Assembly (NCBI GenBank): GCA_950072105.1
Contig: CATMOE010000046.1
Coordinates: 1-29,359, forward strand
Source: an uncultured Dehalococcoidia bacterium
Lineage (GTDB): Bacteria; Chloroflexota; Dehalococcoidia; Lucifugimonadales; UBA3495
Direction of reading: 5' to 3'
DNA length: 29,359 bases
Below, one piece after another: positions 17,381 through 26,042 of the stretch. Position 1 is the first letter of the stretch; each line of letters opens with the position of its first letter. A program made the position numbers and the translations under genes. Under the pieces are notes generated by a model that saw nothing but the letters and a program-made list of their open reading frames with translations, did no database searches and was not told the DNA's origin.

Positions 17381-17845
17381 ATGCGGGCCTTGGTTCAGCG
17401 AGTGGTGGAAGCCTCGGTCCTGGTGAAAGGCCAAGAAGTTGGGCGTATCGGCCCTGGCTTAGTGGTTTTCCTAGGGTTCGCCGGAGATGACGAGGATTCC
17501 GACTCCCTTTTTCTGGTTGAAAAAACCGTGAATCTGCGCATTTTCGCAGACTCGGAAAACCGGTTTAATCGCTCCGCCCTCGATGTGGGGGCGGAGCTTC
17601 TTTTAGTAAGCCAATTCACCCTGTACGCCGACACCCGCAAGGGCCGCCGGCCGGATTTCAACCGGGCCGCCGGGGCCGAGCAGGCACGAGAAGCATACGA
17701 GAAGGCGGTGGAGCTATTCCGCAATACCGGATTGACCGTGGCCACCGGCCGTTTCCAGGAATACATGCAAGTGCTACTGCAGAACGACGGTCCGGTCACA
17801 ATCATGCTCGATAGCGCCGACCGCAACCGTCCCCGGCGGGGCTAA
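17381..17845 (+). CDS. dtd: D-aminoacyl-tRNA deacylase
   Basis: MRALVQRV, NLRIF, VSQFTL, KGRRP, NDGPVT. Confidence 0.96.
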   Translation: MRALVQRVVEASVLVKGQEVGRIGPGLVVFLGFAGDDEDSDSLFLVEKTVNLRIFADSENRFNRSALDVGAELLLVSQFTLYADTRKGRRPDFNRAAGAEQAREAYEKAVELFRNTGLTVATGRFQEYMQVLLQNDGPVTIMLDSADRNRPRRG

Positions 17846-18369
17846 CGGTGCCAGCCCATGCCGATGAACAGGCCTCTTAGATAAGCGATCTGGCCGCCGT
17901 GGGCAATGTTGTCCCAGGTGAACTGTCCCAGAAGCATGGCCACCGACCGCGGCTCGGCCACCGGGGGAATCACCATAGTTTTTTCCAGGTCAGCCTCAGT
18001 CAACGACTCTATATACGCTACAGCGGCGGCTTTGACGGCTCCGTAGTAGCCAATCTGTGCTTCCTTGGATGGAGGCGTCCATTCGGCCACCTGATCGGCA
18101 GTCCAGCCCACTCCCCGGTCTTCTGCATCGCCGGGCATGCCGAATTTTTCGTGCCAGCCGTCCTGGATCCAGATTTGGGGAATCGACCTGAATCGGGTAT
18201 GGATGAAGGTGTCCACCACCCGGGTCATATGCCAAAGGATCCAAGCGGCGGAATTGCATCCGTTGGAGGGCTGCCGGGCCATGGCGGCATCGTCTAGCCC
18301 TTCCAGGGCGGTGTCAACCATGTCCCAGTTGCGTTGCAAGGCGTAGAGAATAGATTCGGCAGGGAGCAA
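17842..18369 (-). CDS. DinB family protein
   Basis: NSAAWILWH and HGGQIAYLRG; TTG start with GAGGAGG RBS. Confidence 0.88.
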   Translation of the reverse strand: MLPAESILYALQRNWDMVDTALEGLDDAAMARQPSNGCNSAAWILWHMTRVVDTFIHTRFRSIPQIWIQDGWHEKFGMPGDAEDRGVGWTADQVAEWTPPSKEAQIGYYGAVKAAAVAYIESLTEADLEKTMVIPPVAEPRSVAMLLGQFTWDNIAHGGQIAYLRGLFIGMGWHR

Positions 18370-18410
18370 TGTCTCCTCCTCGGTTACCCCGTAAGTTTCC
18401 TACTGACTCC

Positions 18411-18440
18411 CCGGCCCTTCTGCGGAAGGGCCGGAATGAC
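18411..18440. repeat. GC-rich hairpin followed by AATGAC (REP-like, family E)
   Basis: CCGGCCCTTC-TGCG-GAAGGGCCGG, a perfect 10-bp stem, then AATGAC. Confidence 0.5.
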
Positions 18441-18498
18441 GATGGTATGTTCCCCGCCTCGGCCTATCTTTCATGGCCGTCTTGGACGCCGGCAGTAC

Positions 18499-19047
18499 CT
18501 ATACGGGAATCTCCGCGGTCATTCCGGGCGCAAGCTCAACATCAAACGCCAGCAATATCTGACCAACTAGAAGATAGTGGCCGATCAATCCGGTAAAGTT
18601 CACCGTATCCTGAACACCGAACCGGTCCTTCACCGCGTTGAATGTGGCATCGCTGATCTTATGATTTCCGACTAGTTCCTTCGTATAGCGCACCAAGATC
18701 TCTTCGTCGCCGGAAAGGCCCTGGGGAGCCGTGCCCTTGGCGACCGCCTGGATGGTCTCTTCAGATACGCCCGCTTCTCGGGCCAGGCGGGCGTGGGCGG
18801 AGAATTCGTACTGGGAGGTGACCTCGCGGGCCGTAGTGATGATAACCAGTTCCTTAAGAGCTTCCGGTACATCGAATTCGAAACGGACAAAGGTGCCGGT
18901 GTGCGCGACCCTGGCCGCCAATTGAGGGCTGTGGAGAAGGATGCCGTAGGGACCTCTAACGCTGCCACGGCTGCCGACTATCTCGTCGAAATATTGCTGG
19001 TCCTCGGGTTTGAGTTCGTCCCTGTTCACGTTGGGCAGTCTCGCCAT
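18499..19047 (-). CDS. Carboxymuconolactone decarboxylase (CMD/AhpD-like) family protein
   Basis: GPYGILLHSP, LKELVII.TARE, YEFSAH, GLIGHY; no CxxC motif. Confidence 0.85.
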   Translation of the reverse strand: MARLPNVNRDELKPEDQQYFDEIVGSRGSVRGPYGILLHSPQLAARVAHTGTFVRFEFDVPEALKELVIITTAREVTSQYEFSAHARLAREAGVSEETIQAVAKGTAPQGLSGDEEILVRYTKELVGNHKISDATFNAVKDRFGVQDTVNFTGLIGHYLLVGQILLAFDVELAPGMTAEIPV

Positions 19048-19086
19048 TTCGTTTCCTCCTAATCTGTTGCGGCCTTCCGCCGGATC

Positions 19087-19110
19087 GCTGAAAGCTGATG
19101 GCTGACAGCT
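19087..19110. repeat. Heptamer tandem repeat GCTGANN
   Basis: GCTGAAA GCTGATG GCTGACA GCT directly after the nadC stop codon. Confidence 0.6.
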
Positions 19111-19965
19111 TTATTGAAATTCCAGGTCCAGGCTGATATCCAGGGCTTTGGTGGAATGGGTCAGACCGCCGACGGATATCAGATCGACCCCGGAGGCGGC
19201 CACGGCCCGCACTGTCTCCAATGAAATACCTCCCGAGGCCTCGACCGCCGCCCGGCCGTCGATGATATCCACAGCCTGACGCATCATTTCCGGAGACATG
19301 TTGTCCAGCAAGATAACGTGGGCCCCCGCGGCCGCGGCTTCCCCGGCCTCCTGCACAGTCTCCACTTCCACTTCGACTTTGATGGTGTGAGATGCGTTCG
19401 ACAAGGCCAATCGGATGACGTCCTGAAGCCCCATCTCCTGGGAACGTAACGCCTCGATATGGTTGTCCTTGATTAATATGCCGTCAGCCAGGTTGAGACG
19501 ATGGTTGTGGCCCCCGCCCATTCGTACGGCATATTTGTCTAGGTAACGGTGCCCCGGAGCGGTCTTACGGGTGTCCACTATTCGGGCTTGGCTCCCTTCG
19601 ATAGCCATAACGTATTGGTTGGTGTCGCTGGCTATGCCGCTCATCCGCTGTAAGAAGTTCAGGGCGACACGTTCGGCGCGCAGGATACTACCGGCGTCGC
19701 CTTCTATCCGCGCCAGATCCGTCCCGGGGGTAAGGGCTGAACCGTCGGGCAACAGCACCCGGACGTCCAGGCTTGAATCGATGCGCAAGAAAACGGACTG
19801 GCTGACCTCTATGCCCGCCAGCATCCCATTGCCTTTAGCCCGGATCATGCCCACGGCCTGAATTCCCTGGGGGACCAAGGCTTGGGTGGTGGGATCATTG
19901 AACGCCTGATCTTCCGACAGGGCGGCGTCGATCAGATTGTAAACTTCCGGAGGCAATTGACTCAC
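19111..19965 (-). CDS. nadC: Nicotinate-nucleotide pyrophosphorylase (quinolinate phosphoribosyltransferase)
   Basis: ERVALNFLQRMSG, DTRKT, HRLNLADGILIKDNH, EVEV, LLDNM, EASGG. GTG at 19965 with AGGAGG RBS. Confidence 0.96.
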   Translation of the reverse strand: MSQLPPEVYNLIDAALSEDQAFNDPTTQALVPQGIQAVGMIRAKGNGMLAGIEVSQSVFLRIDSSLDVRVLLPDGSALTPGTDLARIEGDAGSILRAERVALNFLQRMSGIASDTNQYVMAIEGSQARIVDTRKTAPGHRYLDKYAVRMGGGHNHRLNLADGILIKDNHIEALRSQEMGLQDVIRLALSNASHTIKVEVEVETVQEAGEAAAAGAHVILLDNMSPEMMRQAVDIIDGRAAVEASGGISLETVRAVAASGVDLISVGGLTHSTKALDISLDLEFQ

Positions 19966-20019
19966 GAGGCGTCCTCCTCTCGCGTAGATACTAAGAGTCC
20001 ATCCGAATACCCAACAACT

Positions 20020-20156
20020 CCGTTCGCCCTGAGCCTGCCGAAGGGCCTCGACATCCATCAAATCCGCACGGGGTGACGCGTAGGCGACGGTGGTTCGACA
20101 AGCTCACCACGAACGGAGCGGGGTGACCTCGAGCTAGGCGGGGTCACCACTAACGG
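20020..20156. repeat. REP-like family B pair in the nadA-nadC spacer
   Basis: CCGTTCGCCCTGAGCCTGCCGAAGGGC at 20020-20046, inverted GTGGTTCGACAAGCTCACCACGAACGG at 20090-20116, and degenerate TCACCACTAACGG downstream. Confidence 0.8.
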
Positions 20157-20296
20157 GACAGATAACCCAATCTGGCGCGGTTGCCGGACAATTGTACCGC
20201 ATATTCCTGTAGCTGGAGTGGGCAAAAGTAAAGGCCCGCCTTATTTACGCCGAGCGGGCCACTTTTCACTGTCGGTACTGGGATAAATCGTCTGAT

Positions 20297-21508
20297 CTAG
20301 CGCAACGACAACATCCTTTCCAGAGCTACTAGGGCGTCTTTTTTTACGTCGTCCGGTACGGTGATCTGGTTGATAACTTGGCCGTGCAGCAGCCCCTCCA
20401 ACACCCACAACACGTAAGCGGGGTGGATGCGGTACATGGTGGAGCAAGGGCAGATCACCGGGTCTAGGCAAAAGATAACTTTGTCTGGATTTTCCAGGGC
20501 AAGACGATTCACCAAGCTGACCTCGGTGCCCACGGCCCATTGGCTGCCTGCCGGAGCCTCGTTGATCGCCTTCCTGATGAATTCCGTGGAGCCGACCAGA
20601 TCCGCGGCCTGCACCGTTTCCATGGTGCATTCCGGATGGACCAGGATGGTGACGTCCGGATAGCGTTCCCGAGCCGTTTCTATCTGCTTTACGGTGAACC
20701 GGGTGTGCACGGCGCAATGGCCTTGCCAAAGGATGAGCTTGGCATCTCTAAGCTGCTCCGGCGTATTCCCACCCAAGCGTTTGAAGGGGTTCCAGAGCGC
20801 CATCTCGTCCAGGCTCAGGCCCAACTTCAACCCGGTGTTACGTCCCAGATGTTGATCCGGCAGGAAAAGCACCCGCTGGGATTGTTTCAGGGCCCATTCC
20901 ATGACGGCCACCGCGTTGGACGAGGTGCAAACCGAGCCACCGGTCCGGCCGCACAAGGCTTTGATGGAGGCGATGGAGTTCATGTAGGTGACCGGAACGA
21001 TGCCGCCATGGTCTCCCAGAACTTCCTGCAGGTCTTCCCAGGAGTCGTCGACGTCATCCATGGGAGCCATGTCGGCCATCGAACAGCCCGCGGTGATGTT
21101 GGGCAAGATGACTTTTTGGTGGGGCGCGCACAGAATACAGGCCGTCTCGGCCATGAAGTGAACGCCGCAAAAGACTATGTAATCGGCGTCGGGAAGTCGG
21201 GCAGCTTCCTGGGACAGGAGGAACGAATCGCCTTGGAAGTCGGCGTATTTGATTACTTCTTCCCGCTGGTAATGGTGGCCCAGAATCGTCACCGACTTGC
21301 CCAGCTTTTGTTTGGCCTCATGGATCCGCTGGTCTAGTTCTTCGGCGCTTAGGTGAAGGTATTCGTTGGAGATTTTCTGCCAGCGTATGTTAACCGCCAT
21401 CTCTTCAGCAAGAGACTTGGCAGGAAGCTCGTCTTCGGGCTTGCAGAAGGCGGCGTGCTCTATCTCGGTGATGGGTATTGTAGGCTGACGGTTTCGGGTG
21501 GCCATCAA
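20297..21508 (-). CDS. nadA: Quinolinate synthase
   Basis: ILGHHYQ, GDS, FCGVHFMAET, AGCSMADM, YMNS, WQGHCAVH, HPEC, GST, CPCSTM. Confidence 0.96.
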   Translation of the reverse strand: MMATRNRQPTIPITEIEHAAFCKPEDELPAKSLAEEMAVNIRWQKISNEYLHLSAEELDQRIHEAKQKLGKSVTILGHHYQREEVIKYADFQGDSFLLSQEAARLPDADYIVFCGVHFMAETACILCAPHQKVILPNITAGCSMADMAPMDDVDDSWEDLQEVLGDHGGIVPVTYMNSIASIKALCGRTGGSVCTSSNAVAVMEWALKQSQRVLFLPDQHLGRNTGLKLGLSLDEMALWNPFKRLGGNTPEQLRDAKLILWQGHCAVHTRFTVKQIETARERYPDVTILVHPECTMETVQAADLVGSTEFIRKAINEAPAGSQWAVGTEVSLVNRLALENPDKVIFCLDPVICPCSTMYRIHPAYVLWVLEGLLHGQVINQITVPDDVKKDALVALERMLSLR

Positions 21509-21516
21509 ATGTTCCC

Positions 21517-22815
21517 TCAGGGATGCAAATGAACGTATTGCTGAGTCAGTTCCCCTTGTAACGACCAGGGACTGGATCGCGTGATATTCAGGTTGACTAA
21601 CTCTCCCAGGTGTTCATCTTCAGATTGGAAGAACACCAGCTTATCGGACCGGGTGCGCCCATGCCACTTCCCATCCCTGCGGCCTTCCACCAGTATATCA
21701 ACTTTCTGTCCCACAAGGGCTGAGTTAATCTCGGTGAGAATGCCTTCTTGCAATTCCTCTAGCCTCACCCTCCGACGGGCCTTCTCATCCTTGGAAACTT
21801 CGTCCTCCATCGTCCGCCCCGCTACCGTGCCGGGACGGGACGAGTAGGCGGCGCAGTGGACTTTGTCCGGGCGCAATTCCGCGATCAAGTCCACGGTCCT
21901 TTCAAATTGCTCCTCGGTCTCACCGGGGAACCCCACAATTATATCAGTAGCCAATGATGAGTGGGGGATATTATCCCGGATTCGCCCAACCAGATCTATA
22001 AACTCTTGGCGGGTGTAAGGCCGGCGCATCGCTTTCAACACGTCATCGTCGCCGGCTTGGACCGGCAGATTGATGTGTTCGCAAACCTTGGGCAGGTCCG
22101 CCACTGCCCGAATAATCTCGCCGGTGAAGAAGGACGGGTGGGACGTCAGGAATCGTATGCGTTCCAAGCCGTCAACACCGTTCAACTGGGTCAAAAGGTC
22201 AGCTAGATCAGGTTTTTCGGGCAGGTCGAGACCATAGGCGTCCACCGTTTGGCCCAGCACAGTCACTTCCTTGACGCCCCGATTTACCAGCAGTTCCACC
22301 TCTCGAACTACCTCCCCCACCGGGCGGCTCACCTGCCGCCCCCTGCGGTAGGGGATGATGCAGAAAGTACACATAAGGTCGCAGCCGTGGATGATAGGGA
22401 CGTAACAGGTCACATCGGGTTGGGACGGCGCCAGAGCCCCCACGCAGCCTTCCCAATCAAGGCCAACGCGCTCACCAACCAGGTCCAGCAAGGGGCCGTA
22501 CTGCTGGGGACGCATGAAAACGTCGACAAAGGGGAAACGGCGAGCCAAATCGTCGGTTTTGGCGCCAACCATGCAGCCCATCAAAGCAACCACCCGGCCG
22601 GGTTCATTGCTTTTCCAGGGCTTCATCCAAGTGAGGTTCCCCACCACCTTGTCCTCGGCCTGCTGGCGCACGACACAGGAGTTCAAGACGACCAAGTCGG
22701 CCTCACCGGCGGTTTCCACTTGATGTAGGCCAAGTTGCTCCAAAGCCGACCCTAACCGCTGGGAGTCGGCTTTGTTCATCTGACATCCGATGGTCCAGAG
22801 GTGGAAGCTCTCCAT
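21517..22815 (-). CDS. miaB: tRNA-2-methylthio-N6-dimethylallyladenosine synthase (radical SAM methylthiotransferase)
   Basis: TIGCQMN..DS, NSCVVR, GC, CDLMCTFCIIPY.RG, TDIIVGFPGET, YSSRPGT, C-terminal TRAM domain. Confidence 0.93.
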   Translation of the reverse strand: MESFHLWTIGCQMNKADSQRLGSALEQLGLHQVETAGEADLVVLNSCVVRQQAEDKVVGNLTWMKPWKSNEPGRVVALMGCMVGAKTDDLARRFPFVDVFMRPQQYGPLLDLVGERVGLDWEGCVGALAPSQPDVTCYVPIIHGCDLMCTFCIIPYRRGRQVSRPVGEVVREVELLVNRGVKEVTVLGQTVDAYGLDLPEKPDLADLLTQLNGVDGLERIRFLTSHPSFFTGEIIRAVADLPKVCEHINLPVQAGDDDVLKAMRRPYTRQEFIDLVGRIRDNIPHSSLATDIIVGFPGETEEQFERTVDLIAELRPDKVHCAAYSSRPGTVAGRTMEDEVSKDEKARRRVRLEELQEGILTEINSALVGQKVDILVEGRRDGKWHGRTRSDKLVFFQSEDEHLGELVNLNITRSSPWSLQGELTQQYVHLHP

Positions 22816-22867
22816 TCTGATTACTCTTCTTACCCCGAATTACACGTGTCTGGTGATATTTAAGCGG

Positions 22868-22956
22868 CGGAGGGAGTGGGATTCGAACCCACGATCCCGA
22901 TTTCTCAGGATAAGCGCTTAGCAGGCGCCCGCACTAGACCACTATGCGATCCCTCC
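22868..22956 (-). tRNA. tRNA-Ser (anticodon GCT)
   Basis: Minus strand: acceptor stem GGAGGGA/TCCCTCC, D arm TAGTGGTCTA, anticodon arm GGCGC-CTGCTAA-GCGCT, long variable arm, GGTTCGAATCC, discriminator G. Followed by CCG rather than CCA. Confidence 0.96.
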
Positions 22957-23243
22957 CATCCTGGGTACATGGTATCAAATGGCCTCAGGCACAGCAATAC
23001 CCGGCGAAACTACCTGATCGGGCACCGGAATTCGAACCCTGTTCGGATGGGTTCGCTAGTGTCAGACGCCCGGCTGCGATATATCCCTGCACGTTCAGAC
23101 TCCAATTGTGCGGGAAACGCCGGACAGAATCATTTGGCAATAAAACATCATTCATCGTAACGAATTAGGCGGCTTGGTAACGCCAACCACTAGAATTATT
23201 CAAATATAAGCATATTACGTCATTCGCCATATAGATGCCGGTA

Positions 23244-23272
23244 TTGACAGTCATCGGCGCATGCCATATCAT
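23244..23272 (+). promoter_or_regulatory. Sigma70-type promoter of the Lrp/AsnC gene
   Basis: TTGACA-N17-TATCAT. Confidence 0.65.
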
Positions 23273-23315
23273 TCTTGGTGATAAATTGCTGGATAACACA
23301 ACGGAGAGAGTGCTA

Positions 23316-23756
23316 ATGGATGAACTCGACCGCAAGATAATCAGCCTGTTGCAAATGGACGGGCGGGCATCTAACGCCAAGATTGCCCGTGAGGTCGGGG
23401 TCAGCGAAGGTACCGTCAGGCGGCGGCTGAGGCGGTTGATCCAAGAAGACGTGGTTAAAGTGATCGCAGTGCCCAACCTGGAAAAATTGGGTTACGCAAC
23501 CACCGCCCTCATCGGTTTGCAAACAGGTCCGGGCAAATCTGACGCTGTGGCCGAAGAAATTGCCAAGCTGGAAGAAGCCCATTACGTCGCCATCACCACC
23601 GGAGCCTACGATGTCTTTATCTGGGCCGGATTGGAGTCGGCGGAAAGTCTGGGCACCTTTTTACGCACCAAGATCGGAGTCATTGAAGGAGTGCAGCGCA
23701 CCGAGACGTTCGTCAACCTCGCCATCAAAAAGCGGACCTACGGATTGGTGCTCTAA
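23316..23756 (+). CDS. Lrp/AsnC family transcriptional regulator
   Basis: MDELDRKIISLLQMDGRASNAKIAREVGVSEGTVRRRL helix-turn-helix and TGAYD in the RAM domain. Confidence 0.95.
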   Translation: MDELDRKIISLLQMDGRASNAKIAREVGVSEGTVRRRLRRLIQEDVVKVIAVPNLEKLGYATTALIGLQTGPGKSDAVAEEIAKLEEAHYVAITTGAYDVFIWAGLESAESLGTFLRTKIGVIEGVQRTETFVNLAIKKRTYGLVL

Positions 23757-23803
23757 CAACTCAGACTACGAAACACTGATTCCAAGACGAAGCTTAGGAC
23801 ATT

Positions 23804-23841
23804 CCCCGCCGGGTAACATGATTCCCAGCGGGGTTTTCTTT
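23804..23841 (+). terminator. Putative intrinsic terminator
   Basis: CCCCGC...GCGGGG stem followed by TTTTCTTT. Confidence 0.6.
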
Positions 23842-23894
23842 GCCTAAGCGCGGGACCCGGTATGCCTCGGTAAGAATTCCTACGACCGTCTGCC

Positions 23895-23922
23895 TTGCAA
23901 ACACCTGAGCCTATGCTATAAT
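23895..23922 (+). promoter_or_regulatory. Sigma70-type promoter of the ferredoxin gene
   Basis: TTGCAA-N16-TATAAT with an extended TG. Confidence 0.65.
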
Positions 23923-24001
23923 TCGGTGGGACGCCTTCCACCGAGGCTGAAGTCAAGGGTCGAGAAGAGCGCCACATTCAATTTCTAAGGAGCGGTCTAG
24001 G

Positions 24002-24271
24002 ATGACCTACATCATTACTGAGCCTTGCGTTGGTGTCAAAGATTCAGCCTGCGTGGACGTTTGCCCGGTCGACTGCATCTACACCCGCGATCAGGACGAC
24101 ATGTTCTACATCAGCCCCGACGAATGCATCGATTGCGCCGCCTGTGAGCCGGTGTGCCCGGTTACCGCAATCTTCGCCGAAGATGCGACGCCTCCCCAGT
24201 GGGCGAGCTACATCGCCATGAATTACGATTACTTCACGAATAACGATCCCTCGGACCTGAAGCGCAAGTAA
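24002..24271 (+). CDS. Dicluster ferredoxin (7Fe type)
   Basis: MTYIITEPC.....SACVDVCPVDCI...ECIDCAACEPVCP. Confidence 0.93.
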   Translation: MTYIITEPCVGVKDSACVDVCPVDCIYTRDQDDMFYISPDECIDCAACEPVCPVTAIFAEDATPPQWASYIAMNYDYFTNNDPSDLKRK

Positions 24272-24313
24272 CCGCCAGCGCATTTCCCGAGACTACACTC
24301 GAAACGGACAAGT

Positions 24314-24350
24314 AAACCTCTGAAGGGCTACCCCCTCAGAGGTTTTATTT
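24314..24350 (+). terminator. Intrinsic terminator, possibly bidirectional
   Basis: AAACCTCTGA...TCAGAGGTTTTATTT between convergent genes. Confidence 0.7.
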
Positions 24351-24436
24351 CGTTAATCCCAGCTCTCCATATTGAATTCCTCGAGCCGCCGGCAAACGAT
24401 TCTCGTCTGCCGCCCACCCATCAGTGCGAACGCCTC

Positions 24437-25132
24437 TTACCCCAAGTCATCCAGGCAAGCCTGCAATGGTTTGCTGATGCATGTGAATATGGGTGTGTCC
24501 CGCTCGGTATAGGGCCGGGCCTCCGACTCCCTCAGGTCCGTGACCAGATCTAAAAAGCTGGCCGGATCGTCGGTTTCAAAACCCAGCACGAACTCCTGAT
24601 CGTCCAGCCCAAAGGAATATGCCGTGCTGATCTTCACATCGGGGTATTTGTGCCCGATGGTGAAGTGCTGGCTCATCATGCGTTGCCGTTCTTCTAGGGA
24701 CAGTTGATACCAATCGTGGGTTTTAACAAAGGGATATATGAACAGGTACTTTCGGCCGATGATACGCATGGTAGACGACGCGCCTTCCTGTCCTTCGTGC
24801 TGATGAGTGTCTACGTAGGGAGACCGCCGGGTCATGGCTAGATAGGAATGAGGCATCTCCAGGTAGCTGCCCAACTGCGTTTTATGGAGTTGGGCGAGCA
24901 GGTCGTTCAATGGTTCCAGAGTGGGGCTGATCTTCCATAGCATGAAGTCCACATCACCCCTGGTACCCGCCAGGCTGTAGCTGGCCATGGTAACGCTGCC
25001 GGAGAATTCTGCCACCACCTCCGCGAACTCGTTCTTACTATGGGACCGTTCTCCCGGCGGCAGCCTCCGCCATTGAGGGTCCACTTTAAAGAAAGAGTAC
25101 TTAACGAAATCCCGTCTTCCTTCTTGAGCCAT
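24437..25132 (-). CDS. chdC: Chlorite dismutase-family protein, most likely coproheme decarboxylase
   Basis: YPFVK (Tyr/Lys typical of ChdC/HemQ), WY.L..EER..MM..H, YSFGLDDQEF. The distal Arg of true chlorite dismutases is not apparent. Confidence 0.8.
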   Translation of the reverse strand: MAQEGRRDFVKYSFFKVDPQWRRLPPGERSHSKNEFAEVVAEFSGSVTMASYSLAGTRGDVDFMLWKISPTLEPLNDLLAQLHKTQLGSYLEMPHSYLAMTRRSPYVDTHQHEGQEGASSTMRIIGRKYLFIYPFVKTHDWYQLSLEERQRMMSQHFTIGHKYPDVKISTAYSFGLDDQEFVLGFETDDPASFLDLVTDLRESEARPYTERDTPIFTCISKPLQACLDDLG

Positions 25133-25271
25133 TGTCGATTCCTTACTCCGTCGATTTCTTGGATATAGACTCGGGGCACGGATTAAATGATAGAACCTAC
25201 GGCACTCGATGACAACGCCTCAGCAGCTTGAAGTTTAACTCTGTCCAAAAGTTCCTGGAGAGTCTGGCATT

Positions 25272-25350
25272 TTGAATATCAAGTGCAATATCAATAATCT
25301 TAAGATATATATTGATAATATTAAGTTAAAGTGATGATATTACTTCAATA
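25272..25350. promoter_or_regulatory. AT-rich operator/promoter array upstream of the DUF2089 operon
   Basis: Repeated AATATYAA-like boxes with a 21-bp period and the palindrome ATCTTAAGAT. Confidence 0.55.
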
Positions 25351-25367
25351 ACTTGAGGACGTACCAA

Positions 25368-25730
25368 ATGGCTCGAAGCTGGCAAGATCTGACCAAACTT
25401 TGCGGGAGCTCCTCCGTCACGGTGGAGCGAGTGCGCCTGGACGATGGCGAAACGGCCATCGAGGGCAGCTTCGAACTGCCTCCCTTGGCCCGTCTCTCCG
25501 GCGAGGACCAAATATTCGTCATCGCTTTCTTGCGCAGCCACGGATCGATCAAGGAGATGGAACGGGTATTCGGCATCAGCTATCCCACGGTCAAAAACCG
25601 CTTGAACCGGGTTTCCGGCCAGTTGGAGTTCGTGGAGACCGACCCAGTCCCGTCCCAATCCGAAGTGGTCGCCCAACTCAAGTCTGGCGAAATAACCGCG
25701 GCCGAAGCCATAGAGAGGTTGTCTCAATGA
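25368..25730 (+). CDS. DUF2089 family HTH protein
   Basis: IEGSF...F...FLRSHGSIKEMERVFGISYPTVKNRL, C-terminal L.SGEITAAEAIERL. ATG at 25368 after GAGG. Confidence 0.9.
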   Translation: MARSWQDLTKLCGSSSVTVERVRLDDGETAIEGSFELPPLARLSGEDQIFVIAFLRSHGSIKEMERVFGISYPTVKNRLNRVSGQLEFVETDPVPSQSEVVAQLKSGEITAAEAIERLSQ

Positions 25731-26005
25731 TTTGACCGCCTTCTCTCTTACGGATACGGATCCGCAACAACGATATCCGCTTCAGTTTGTGGCTGCCCCT
25801 GTTCCTTATCTGGCCGCTCTTCCTATTGGCCTTGGTGATTCTAAGTCCGCTGATCATTCTATGCGCGGTCTTATTGTGGCCATTGGGCTTGAGCAAACCT
25901 TTGCTTTTGACCGGCCCCGTTTTGTTTAGACTGTTCTGCTCAATGAGAGGTCTGGAAATAGCGGTAGAGAAATCGTCGGACCAAGTGCTGATCTCATTTC
26001 GCTGA
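25727..26005 (+). pseudogene. Small membrane protein of the DUF2089 operon, interrupted by TGA at codon 3
   Basis: ATG(25727) ATT TGA CCG CCT... is in frame with ORF 25787-26005, giving MI*PPSLLRIRIRNNDIRFSLWLPLFLIWPL. ATGA overlap with the upstream stop. Confidence 0.65.
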
Positions 26006-26042
26006 TCGATCTCGTTACTCAAGATACCGATGGAGGCTTCAA

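Noticed and set aside
19966..20061. N-terminal extension of nadC (ALRQAQGER)
   Set aside because: It is a translation of a family B repeat; GTG at 19965 has a strong RBS.
23018..23072. tRNA fragment or att site (GGAATTCGAACCC) upstream of tRNA-Ser
   Set aside because: Only a T-loop-like match within the hairpin CGAACCC/GGGTTCG; no cloverleaf, no integrase, and it is on the 5' side of the tRNA.
24437..25132. True chlorite dismutase
   Set aside because: Has the ChdC-type YPxxK motif, no apparent distal Arg and no signal peptide.
25733..25770. Selenocysteine codon with a SECIS element
   Set aside because: The position suits Trp in a membrane protein with no redox motif, and the hairpin loop ACGG lacks G in its first two positions.
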